Part shown: in pieces, positions 1 to 9,500 of the stretch
How positions within the stretch are numbered: the stretch's first letter is position 1
Layout: the number at the start of each line of letters is the position of its first letter
Virus record (IMG/VR): IMGVR_UViG_3300040736_000076
Span: 1-50,155 of that record
DNA: 50,155 nt
Origin: a virus
Lineage: Duplodnaviria > Caudoviricetes
Strand: one strand, 5' to 3'
The notes under the pieces: model-generated
The model's input: only the letters and a program-made list of their open reading frames with translations
The model's database searches: none
Told to the model about the DNA's origin: nothing
Translations under genes and position numbers: made by a program

Positions 1-56
1 GTCCTGAAACTATTTACCGTTAGGCTCGGGTAACCGATGTCCTGACATTTGAGACA
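1..56. mobile_element. Possible terminal repeat of an IS481-like insertion sequence (element lies outside the window)
   Basis: Minus strand reads TGTCTCAAATGTCAGGACATCGGTTAC..., with a TGT terminus and GTCCTGA repeated at 1-7 and 39-45. It begins where the ferredoxin motif of the adjacent CDS becomes non-canonical. Confidence 0.4.
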
Positions 57-989
57 TAGCCCACAGCCGATGCATCGTTCAAGGTTCAGCGCAATGCGAT
101 CCCCCTCTTTACTGAGCGCCTGCATCTGACACCGTTCCAAACAGGTCCAACACCCTTGGCAGACTTCAGGCTTCAACGTGTTAATGAATGCGCTGGCAAC
201 AATCTTGGACGGGTTTGGATGCTTCTGAAGCCTTTTCAGCACACCGCAACAGCAGCCACAGCAACAGCAGAGAAAGACCATATCCTGTGAATTATTAGGT
301 TGCAGAACCAGGTTGGCGGCATCAGCTCTGGCCAGGATCTCCGTAACTTCAGAGCGATCAATGGGACGCGCCCGGCCATCGCGAACATGGAATTCCGCCC
401 ACTCACCAAAAAACAGACAACTTTCTTCTGGAGCGTCACACCCACCTCCCATCATCGTTGCTCTACGACGACATATACAGGGACCAACAGCAAAGTAATC
501 CTGAGTATTGATCAACTCATCCACTTGCTCATACGGAAGCGCTTCAATATGTGGTTCGATACTCTTGCCAACAGGAATGGTGCGCATCTGCTGTATGGTC
601 TGTGGCTGGGCTTTTTTGGTGGCCATGTAATCGGCAAGTTCCTTGAGGAGGTCCGCATTCAAATTATTGACCTGGAATTCATAGATCCCAAGTATGAACG
701 GCACAGCCTGATAGAGAGGCGGCCCATCCTTGGGGTGAACTGAAAAAATAAGTCCCTTGTGGGCCATCTCAGCAAGTCGTTGCTCCGTTTCGGAATGCGG
801 CACACCAGCTCTGTCGGCAATGCTTCGCGCCTCCTCTCTGTCCAGGGTTAGATATAGTGCCAATTCGGCCTCTTGCGGTGTAAACAATAGTTTCAGTAAG
901 CGAATTGCAACGCCAGGATCAGTGTTAATAAAACCTCCGGGAAACTGATCCAGATGTTCGGCCAGTCTTTGATAAATTTCCTCGTTCAT
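3..989 (-). CDS. 4Fe-4S dicluster (ferredoxin-type) protein, 3' end runs off the window or is interrupted
   Basis: Translated by hand from ATG at 989 (RBS AAGGAG): MNEEIYQRLAEHLD...CICRR...CCCCGCCCG...CQGCWTCLERCQ...CIGCGLC. It is absent from the ORF track because it has no stop in the window. Confidence 0.85.
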   Translation of the reverse strand, partial: MNEEIYQRLAEHLDQFPGGFINTDPGVAIRLLKLLFTPQEAELALYLTLDREEARSIADRAGVPHSETEQRLAEMAHKGLIFSVHPKDGPPLYQAVPFILGIYEFQVNNLNADLLKELADYMATKKAQPQTIQQMRTIPVGKSIEPHIEALPYEQVDELINTQDYFAVGPCICRRRATMMGGGCDAPEESCLFFGEWAEFHVRDGRARPIDRSEVTEILARADAANLVLQPNNSQDMVFLCCCCGCCCGVLKRLQKHPNPSKIVASAFINTLKPEVCQGCWTCLERCQMQALSKEGDRIALNLERCIGCGLCLKCQDIGYPSLTVNSFR

Positions 990-1037
990 AGTCTTCTCCT
1001 TTTAAAGGTCAGCCATCTTTTGTCCCCTGGCTCTTTA

Positions 1038-1826
1038 CTAGTCGGGATTTACCAAATCCCCCGGTATTTTGCATACCGGAACAGGTACTATCTTGTGCAG
1101 GTTGAAGTTGTGATGACTTCTATAGATTCTGAGTACTTCACGTTGCCTTTTGCCAAGCGTCGATTCGTCGCCGCTAAAATCCATGGCCCACTCCAATTCT
1201 GGGTATCTGGCTCCGATCTGATCTTCGTCAGTACGATTGTCGGTCCAAAGTCCGTCGGTCGGCGCTGCTGTCATGATTGATTCGATGATGCCCAGTTCAT
1301 CTCCCAGTTTGTAGACCTGGCTCTTGGTAAGATCGGCAATGGGGCTGAGATCAACACCGCCATCTCCATATTTTGTAAAGAATCCAATGCCGAAATCTTC
1401 AACCTTGTTGCCTGTTCCGACAACAAGGTAATCGTACAATCCGGAAAAATAGTAAAGCGTGGTCATCCGTAATCGTGCGCGGACGTTGACAAGTGATATT
1501 TCTTTCTTCCCCGTATCTTCAGCTTCCGGCAGAGATTTGATAAACACGTCGAACACGGTTGTCAGTTCCACTGCGTGACTACGTACATTCGGGTACTTTT
1601 CTTTAAGAAGCATAATGTGATTTTGGGCTCTCGATACTTGAGCCTGACTTTGATAGATCGGCATTTCAACACATAACAAGGGTAAGCCTGTCCGTGCTGC
1701 CAATGCAGAGGCTACTGCGGAGTCAATCCCGCCGGAAACCCCGACAACAAAACCTTTGGCCTTTGACTCTTCAAGGTAATTTCTGAGCCAGTCGGTGATG
1801 AATTGAATTATCACCTTGCATTTCAT
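1038..1826 (-). CDS. nadE: NH3-dependent NAD+ synthetase
   Basis: GVSGGIDSA PP-loop, NVRARLRM, GTGNKVE, FFTKYGDGG, APTDGLW and TDEDQIG motifs. Confidence 0.95.
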   Translation of the reverse strand: MKCKVIIQFITDWLRNYLEESKAKGFVVGVSGGIDSAVASALAARTGLPLLCVEMPIYQSQAQVSRAQNHIMLLKEKYPNVRSHAVELTTVFDVFIKSLPEAEDTGKKEISLVNVRARLRMTTLYYFSGLYDYLVVGTGNKVEDFGIGFFTKYGDGGVDLSPIADLTKSQVYKLGDELGIIESIMTAAPTDGLWTDNRTDEDQIGARYPELEWAMDFSGDESTLGKRQREVLRIYRSHHNFNLHKIVPVPVCKIPGDLVNPD

Positions 1827-2346
1827 AGCGCCCCCTTTGTGCAATTCTTATCATTTTTTTCTCGAGCATCATGGTTCCCGTATGTGCTGATCTTTCGTAC
1901 CGTGACGGTGAACCTTTAGATATCAGGTTTTCTTCACTATCTGTAAGGCATGACGGATTCTTGATCGAGGTTTTCCTCTAATGCCTTTGCCAGCCGCTCC
2001 CTTTTGAGGATTAGTGACAATTGTCTTTTATCTCCGATGACCTCGATCCTGGGGAGGTAGAGTTCCAGGAGGCTTTCCAGGCCATAGAAATCGACACGAT
2101 AGACGAAAACCCGCGCCCATTTGACGAGTACATCCGCCAGGAAAAGATCGTCGACGCATCCCGGTACGGTATGAAAATAAACTGTTGTTTAATTTGGAAA
2201 GTATAACAAACTTATGGTCAGTATAAAGAGAGCGTGCGCCGGCATTCTGTGTATTTGTCGAGAAGCGGGCATCCCGTTTCCGTGATGTCTTTTCTGAAAC
2301 TAGAGAAGAGTTTTCTTCCGGCAGGCAGGTTGAGGAGGGCCTTGTA

Positions 2347-5322
2347 GTGGTCATGCAGCGTGTCACAAGAAGTTTTGATGATCTTCGTGATGTGGAGCTC
2401 CAGGAAGTGTATGAACAGAGCAAACAGGAGGTGCTGCGTGAGTATGCCTTCAGAGTAAGGCTGGATGCCGCGGACAGCCTCGAAAAGCTGAAGGCGCTGG
2501 TTTTCGAAGGAGCTGCGGGGCTCCGTCGCTGGACCGCCGGTGAGCTGCTGGAAATATCCAACCGTCTACGCCTGTTCAGCGCACCGGACTGTGAAATCCG
2601 GCTCTATGAAGAGTGCGGAAACGCCGAATTCCGCGACATTCCCCGTGTCCGGGAATTCTACCTGCTTGCCTTGAACAAGGCGGGTCGGGTCTGCGAGGCG
2701 ATACGGGAATGCGGGCGCCTTATCGCTGAAGGCGGGGAGAACGGACTGGTGTGGGGCATCCTGGGCGATGCCTTTTCCTGCAGGATGCTGAGCGCCGAGA
2801 TCTTTGCCCGGAAACTGAACGACGCTTCGGAGAGGATCGACATCGTTCCGGCACAGGTCAAGGCGGAGTTCGCACGGCATTTTCCCGGCCGGGATCTTTC
2901 AGTAATTTCCGTGGAACAGGTGCGCTCCCTGCGCCGCCACTGTCTGGAGCGGGCGGCCGAGGCCTACCGCCGGGGTTTTGAAGGCTTCGGGACCCCCTTT
3001 CCGGGCTTCTGCTGGATGCTGCGCACCGGGGACCGGTACGCGGATTTGTGTGCGGAGAGAGGTGCGGCTTTCGCGTCGATGCATCAGGAAACTGGGCCTT
3101 CCCATGAGACAGGGATTTCGGCAGAGCTTGAGGTGGAAATCGCCAGACTGCGCGCCATACGTGAAGTTCAGCCCGTCCTGCTCCGCAGCGCCCTGGAGAT
3201 GAAAGGAGGGGCGGAATCCCTCGATTTCTGGGCCCATGCGGGCTATCTCCAGCTGTATTTTCATGAAGGATGTCCCCCGGAGCAGGGCGATCCCTTGCCG
3301 GCCCGCGCCTTGGCCTGCCTTGACGCCGGATTCAAGCTGGACATCCTCTTGAGAGACCTGTCGCGCATCCGGGAGCAATTCGCCAAAATTGCGGATGGTG
3401 AGTGGATGCGACGGCCTGAACCGGGCGGGCCGGCAGAGATCCAGAAACGGATGCAGGCAGTGCTCGCGGAGCTGGCAGCCGGGCGGGAACGGTTCATCGC
3501 CCGCGGCAAGAACCGGGAAGCCCCGCTCAATGAGGCAGGGCGGGAGTTGCTCGACGGAAAAACCACGGATCCGGTGACGCTGTTTCTCAAGCGGACCATC
3601 AATTTCCGGACCCTTGTCGATCCCCTTGTGCCGCAACGCATCCCGGGCGGCATCGGCCGGGTGGGCGCACGCATGCCCGACCTCATCGTCAACCGCCAGG
3701 TCCGCGATGACCTGCTCTCCGTTATCAGCGAAAAAATACTTCCGTCACTGTCTCCCGCGGAACTCACGCAACCAAAGGCCGTTATCTCGGCCATCCGGCG
3801 CTTGGTGGGCTCCCAGCTCGGCGTGGCCGAACTCCAGGACCTGCACTCCCCGGCACACCGTGAATTCGACGCACGTTCCGACGGACTGATACTGTTGTCG
3901 GGCATTGATCCGGTCATGCGCATCGGTTCCCGCTCCACCACGGCACTATCCGCCGCCATGCTTCTGAACACCGGAGATTGCCGTGAGACCATGTACCTGA
4001 ACGGTGCTCTCTTTGCCCTGTATCAGCAGATGCTGGTGAAGACGAAACTGGCGGAGGCGATGAAACATATGGAACGGGGTTCGATAGAGGATGCTCGGCG
4101 CATTACCGGTGTGGAGATTCCCGCGATTCTGCGATACCAGCTGCGTGGGGGGTATGTTGCGGTATACGTCGAGGCGATCTCCATGGAGGAGAAGTACAAG
4201 GTGAAGAGGGCATCGGCGGATGATCCGACGCCCATGGAGCGCTGCTATGGAATGAAGGATTTCAAGGCCGGCCGACCCCTCGCCAGGTATGAGCTGGAGA
4301 ACGCTAAGATAGTACTCGGTTATGCGGACGGCACGCTCAGGCTCATCGAGCCCCGCGATGAAGTCAACGGCAGGTGGCGTCCCATCCCCCACCTGGCCGC
4401 CGACGGAGGCGGTATTCCCGTGATTCCGAACTTCGGAGCCCATGGCGGAGCGGTGGAGAGTATCCAACTGCTGAATCTGGTGGAAGAACATTCCCTTTGC
4501 TTCTTCCATGACAGTGAAACCGGAGAGATCGAGTTGTGCGACGGTTTCTACAATGAGCAGCTCTTCGACAGCCCCTATAGTTTCGGCTCCGGACGGATCG
4601 ATACCTGCGACCCGCTTGCCCGGCACGGACTGCTTCGAGCCGGGACGCGACGCGTACGCGGAACGGACGGAGGTGTCCGTGAGCGTCAGGTCTTCCTGGA
4701 ATTCCTCCCCTTTTCCACAACGGACTATGTGCCCTGTCTGGAAGAGGGTGACTTTCCCCGGTGCTTTCAGCTCATGGGGAAGCTTTTCCGTGGAGATCTC
4801 CGCGAGGAACGTCGGCGGCTCGAAGAAGGGACCTCGGCTGTGCCGTCCGTCCTGGAGAAGCTCCGGGTCTGGCAGATGCTGCACGGGACCGCGGACCGGC
4901 AGCGCCAAGTGCTCGACCAGCGTTTTGTCCGGGTTCTGCTGGAGCTGGCCCGGGATCGGCCGGAGATCGTGACATTGGAGGATGTGGGACGGGAGCGGCC
5001 TCTCATAACCCAGGGCCGGGAAAGCGAAAGTGTCTACGTCGTCTTGTGCGGAAGGTTTCTGGCATACCAGGACGGAAGGCTGCTCAAGGACCACGGCCGG
5101 CCCGTGGCGGCGCTCCCCGGCACCGCCCTGGGAGAGATTTCCGCCCTGCGGGGCTGCCTCCCCACCGCCACGGTGGTGGGGGAGGGAACGGTTCTCCGTA
5201 TCGCAAAGGCCGAGTTTATCAGGCAGATGGACTTGAATCCCGCGTTTCGCGAGAGCGTGGAAGAACTGGTCATGATGCGGATGGACCGGGACCGGGTGCG
5301 CCAAGCCCATCCACGTGGCTGA
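2347..5322 (+). CDS. 991-aa protein: TPR-sensor (DUF4071-like) N-terminus, putative transglutaminase/papain-like core, C-terminal cyclic-nucleotide-binding domain
   Basis: C-terminal LITQG..SESVYVVLCG...GEISALRG..PTATVV is a typical cNMP motif. N-terminal helical motifs LALNKAG, WGILG, AYRRGF, DFW. Central GDCRE...H...D. Confidence 0.65.
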   Translation: MVMQRVTRSFDDLRDVELQEVYEQSKQEVLREYAFRVRLDAADSLEKLKALVFEGAAGLRRWTAGELLEISNRLRLFSAPDCEIRLYEECGNAEFRDIPRVREFYLLALNKAGRVCEAIRECGRLIAEGGENGLVWGILGDAFSCRMLSAEIFARKLNDASERIDIVPAQVKAEFARHFPGRDLSVISVEQVRSLRRHCLERAAEAYRRGFEGFGTPFPGFCWMLRTGDRYADLCAERGAAFASMHQETGPSHETGISAELEVEIARLRAIREVQPVLLRSALEMKGGAESLDFWAHAGYLQLYFHEGCPPEQGDPLPARALACLDAGFKLDILLRDLSRIREQFAKIADGEWMRRPEPGGPAEIQKRMQAVLAELAAGRERFIARGKNREAPLNEAGRELLDGKTTDPVTLFLKRTINFRTLVDPLVPQRIPGGIGRVGARMPDLIVNRQVRDDLLSVISEKILPSLSPAELTQPKAVISAIRRLVGSQLGVAELQDLHSPAHREFDARSDGLILLSGIDPVMRIGSRSTTALSAAMLLNTGDCRETMYLNGALFALYQQMLVKTKLAEAMKHMERGSIEDARRITGVEIPAILRYQLRGGYVAVYVEAISMEEKYKVKRASADDPTPMERCYGMKDFKAGRPLARYELENAKIVLGYADGTLRLIEPRDEVNGRWRPIPHLAADGGGIPVIPNFGAHGGAVESIQLLNLVEEHSLCFFHDSETGEIELCDGFYNEQLFDSPYSFGSGRIDTCDPLARHGLLRAGTRRVRGTDGGVRERQVFLEFLPFSTTDYVPCLEEGDFPRCFQLMGKLFRGDLREERRRLEEGTSAVPSVLEKLRVWQMLHGTADRQRQVLDQRFVRVLLELARDRPEIVTLEDVGRERPLITQGRESESVYVVLCGRFLAYQDGRLLKDHGRPVAALPGTALGEISALRGCLPTATVVGEGTVLRIAKAEFIRQMDLNPAFRESVEELVMMRMDRDRVRQAHPRG

Positions 5323-5496
5323 CGCAGGGGTCGCGGCAATCCGCTGTGCCGCCCCCACGAAAGCAAGCGATTCATGACCGGGATTGCTTCCGTGCCGCCA
5401 GTCGGGGGCAGACAGAATTCCCGTGTTGTGGTACGGTACTGCCGGTGCCCGTTCAGACCTTTCCCGGGCACATCAGACATACTACCTGGACATTCC

Positions 5497-6399
5497 ATGC
5501 GCTTCGGACTCTGCTGTATCTTTATCAACGAACCGATCCGGTTCCGCACCACCACCGCCAAGACGCTCTCCGTGCTGTCCCGTGACGTGCAGCTCAACCG
5601 TCTGTCGGGCATCTGCCGCGAAAACGCCGCAAACCTTCTCCTCGCCGTCCGGACTGCGCACCGGCTCGGCATCGGCGCATTCCGGGTGTCGACTCCGCTG
5701 TTCCCCCGTTACACGCACCCGGAAGTGGGATATGCCCTGGACGACCTGCCTGCCGGCGAAGAGATACGAACGATTCTTGACGAGGTCAATCAACTGGGCA
5801 GCCGCCTCCATATCCGCCTCAGCTTCCACCCGGACCAGTTCGTGTCCATCTCGTCTCCTCGTGACGACGTGGTGCGAAAATCCATGGCGGAACTGGAATA
5901 CCAGGGGTTGCTGGCTGAAATGATCGGGGCCGAAGTCATCAATATCCACGCCGGCGGCAGGGAGGGGGGAAAGGAAGAAGCCCTGCGGCGGCTGGCGGCC
6001 GCCTTCGCCGGGCTCTCGGAAAGGGTGAGAGCACGGCTCACCCTGGAGAATGACGACATCACCTACACGGTTAAAGACCTTCTCCCCCTCTGTGAAAAAC
6101 TCGGCATCCCCCTGGTCTATGATGTTCATCACCACCGCTGCAACCCTGACGGCCTTTCGGTCGAGGATGCAACGCGCCATGCCGCAGCTACGTGGCAGCG
6201 GTTCGGTCGCGAGCCGTGGTTCCACATCTCGTCGCCCAGAAACGGGTGGGGGAATGGTAACCCGAGACCCCACGCCGACTACATCGATCCCGGGGATTTT
6301 CCGGGCTGCTGGCGGGATAGAGAGATTACCATCGACGTGGAAGCAAAGGCAAAAGAGCTGGCGGTGCGGCGGCTGATGACCGATCTCGGGGTGCGCTGA
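5497..6399 (+). CDS. uvsE: UV DNA damage repair endonuclease
   Basis: MRFGLCC start, RLSFHPDQF, LENDD, VYDVHHHRCN, PHADYI and DVEAKAKE motifs. Confidence 0.93.
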   Translation: MRFGLCCIFINEPIRFRTTTAKTLSVLSRDVQLNRLSGICRENAANLLLAVRTAHRLGIGAFRVSTPLFPRYTHPEVGYALDDLPAGEEIRTILDEVNQLGSRLHIRLSFHPDQFVSISSPRDDVVRKSMAELEYQGLLAEMIGAEVINIHAGGREGGKEEALRRLAAAFAGLSERVRARLTLENDDITYTVKDLLPLCEKLGIPLVYDVHHHRCNPDGLSVEDATRHAAATWQRFGREPWFHISSPRNGWGNGNPRPHADYIDPGDFPGCWRDREITIDVEAKAKELAVRRLMTDLGVR

Positions 6400-6558
6400 A
6401 GGTGTGGAGTCGCGACTCAAAAATATTTGTTGATTAATACCATATAAAACAGGCATTATTTCAACGTTGTCCATCTACAGTATAAAGAGCACAATACAGC
6501 AGGGGGCAGGGTCTATTGGCTTGAGCATTTTTGGATGGTGATTAATGGAGGCAGGTGA

Positions 6559-9500
6559 ATGATGAGCTCAATCATCCCTGGGATACGGAAGCGTTCCCGT
6601 TGGCTTTGGCCGGCAGGAGCGCTTTTTTTGTCTGTCGTTCTGGCTGTCGTTGCGTGGAACCGGCATCTCGCACATGAAGGCGCGGACCCGCTGACCGCAA
6701 CGGAAAGGGCTTGGCTCAAGGCCCATCCGGTGATCCGGCTGGCGCCTGATCCGGATTTTCCGCCGGTCGAGTATTTTTCCGGGAACGGCGACTACGCCGG
6801 AATAACGGCGGATTACGTTTCCCTTCTCGAAAAAAGGCTCGGCATACGCATCGAGATCGTCCACCTACGGAACTGGGATGAAGTCATCAGCAAGGCAAAA
6901 AGCAGGAAAATCGATGTGTATGTCGCAACAAAGACCCCGCAGCGCGCCGACTATATGCTGTTCACCGGGCCTTTCCTGGAATTTCCCGTCGTAATCATCG
7001 CCCGCGAGAAGGTCAAGGGACCTCTCGACCTGGAAAAACTCAAAGGAATGAAGGTTTCGGTGGTGTCCGAGTATGCGGCCCATAATTTCATCGTCAACAA
7101 ACATCCGAAAGTAAACCCTGATCCGGTTCCGGATGTCCGGACGGGATTGCGAAAGGTTTCTTTCGGCCTGAGCGACGCATTCGTTGAGAATCTGGCTACA
7201 GCCACCTATTACATCGAAAAGGAAGGGATCACCAACCTTCGGATTGTCGGCGAATCGGGATATTCCTACAGAATGGGCTTCTGCTCGCGGAAGGACTGGC
7301 CGGAGTTGAACAGGATCCTGGACAAGGGACTTGCGGCAATAAGCACAGCCGAGAAGCAGGCGATATATAAAAAGTGGATTCCCGTGGAACCCGGATCGCT
7401 TTTCGCCAGCAGTGAATTCCGGATGGGACTTCTGGCGGCTGTGGCGGCGATTCTCCTCATGGTCGCGGGCGTCATTGCCTGGAACAGGGCTCTTGCGCGA
7501 CAGGTGAGGCTGAGGACCGGAGAGCTTGAGGATGAACTGGCCGAGCGTAAACGCGCGGAGGAAGCCCTCCGGGAAAGTGAAGAAAAGTTCCGGGTGCTGG
7601 CGGAGACAATTCCGGCAGCGGTTATCGTCTACCAGGGAGAGGAGATGGTCTATCTGAATCCAATGGCCATTCATGCGATAGGATATGAGGAGCGGGAATG
7701 CCTGAACATGAAATTCTGGGACATGGCGCATGACGATTTCAGGGAGCTGGTGAAGGAGCGCGGGCTGGCACGGCAGCGGGGTGAGGCCGTGCCTTCGCGG
7801 TACGAATACAAGTGGGTTACCAAGGAAGGTAAAGAGAAATGGGCTTTGCTCAGCGGCGCGCGAATCGAGTACAGGGGAAAGCCCGCGGGCATAGCCACAC
7901 TTATCGATATTACCGAACGAAAGCAGATGGAAGAGGAACTCCAGCGTGCCCGCGACGATCTGGAAATAAGAGTTGCCGGGCGGACAACGGAACTCCGGCG
8001 CGCCAAGGAACTCCTGGAGGAGGAAATCAGCGTACGAAACCGCACCGAAAGAGTCATCACGGCACGGCTTCGGCTTCTGGAATTCGCCGCGACCCATTCC
8101 ATGGACGCACTGCTTGAGGCGACCCTTGACGAGGCGGAGGCGCTGACGGATAGCCTCATCGGCTTCTATCATTTTCTTGATGACGATCAGAAGACACTTT
8201 CCCTGCAGAACTGGTCGACCAGGACAAAGGCGGAGTTCTGCAGGGCGGAAGGGAAAGGGCACAACTATGACCTGTCGGCCGCGGGGGTATGGGTCGACTG
8301 CATCCATGAACGCCGTCCCGTCATCCACAATGATTATGCCTCGCTTTCCGACCGCGGGGAGATGCCGCCTGATCACGCCCGCCTCGTACGGGAACTCGTC
8401 GTGCCGGTTTTTCGAGGCGACGCTGTTGTGGCAATCCTCGGCGTGGGTAACAAACCCCGCAACTATACCCCCGAAGATGTTGAGGCGGTCTCCCTGCTCG
8501 CCGATCTCGCCTGGGAGATAGTCGAGCGCAAGCGGATGGAAGAAGAACTGCTGTTGTCCCAATTCTGCATTGACAAGGCCGGGATCGGCATTTATCAGAG
8601 CGATGAAACCGGCACGATCTTCAATGTGAACGATCACGCCTGCAAGGATCTCGGGTATACCAGGGAGGAGTTGTGCGCGCTCAGCATATTCGATATAGAC
8701 CCGGAAATAAACCCCGAGAGGATGCTGGAGCTGAAAAAAATACTGGATGACAAGGGCGCCGCGACACACTATACGAGCCATAGACGGAAGGACGGTACCA
8801 CCCTACCCGTTGAAATCACCGCCAACCACCTCGATTTCCATGGAAAAAGATACGGCATCTCATTTGTCAAGGACATAACCGAGCGCAAGCAGGCCGAGGA
8901 GGCGCTGCGTGAGAGCGAGACGCGCGTAAGGCGGAAGCTGGAGAGCATCCTCGACCCCGAAGGCGATACCGGAGAACTGGACCTTGCCGATATCCTGGAC
9001 TCGCCGCAGATCCAGGCGCTTATGGACGATCTCTACCGCATCACCGGCCTCAAGATGGGCATCATCGATCTCAAGGGGCGGGTGCTGGTGGATGCGGGAT
9101 GGCAGGATATCTGTTCAAAATACCACCGGAACCACCCCGAAACCCTGAAGAAGTGCCTTGAAAGCGACACGGACCTCACGGTCGGCCTACCGCCGGGGGA
9201 GTTCAGGCAGTACCGATGCAGGAACAACATGTGGCATATCGTCACCCCCATCATCGTCGGGGGAAGGCATATGGGCAATCTGTTCCTGGGGCAGTTCTTC
9301 TTTACCAACGAGGAACCCGATTACGACCTGTTCCGCTCTCAGGCGAGCGCGTACGGCTTCCCCGAAAAGGAATACCTGGCAGCCCTGGATGCCGTGCCCC
9401 GCCACAGTCAGGAGCTCGTGAACACGGGAAAGGCCGTTTTCCTGAGGTTCACCGAAATGCTGTCCAAGCTGAGCTACGCCAACATCAAGCTGGCGCACTC

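Noticed and set aside
300-1280. Plus-strand ORFs 300-743, 757-948 and 954-1280
   Set aside because: Antisense shadows of the 4Fe-4S gene and nadE
2021-2561. ORFs 2021-2206 (+) and 2028-2561 (-)
   Set aside because: No recognisable motif. The minus ORF overlaps the 991-aa gene, and the short plus ORF could be a remnant but cannot be supported.
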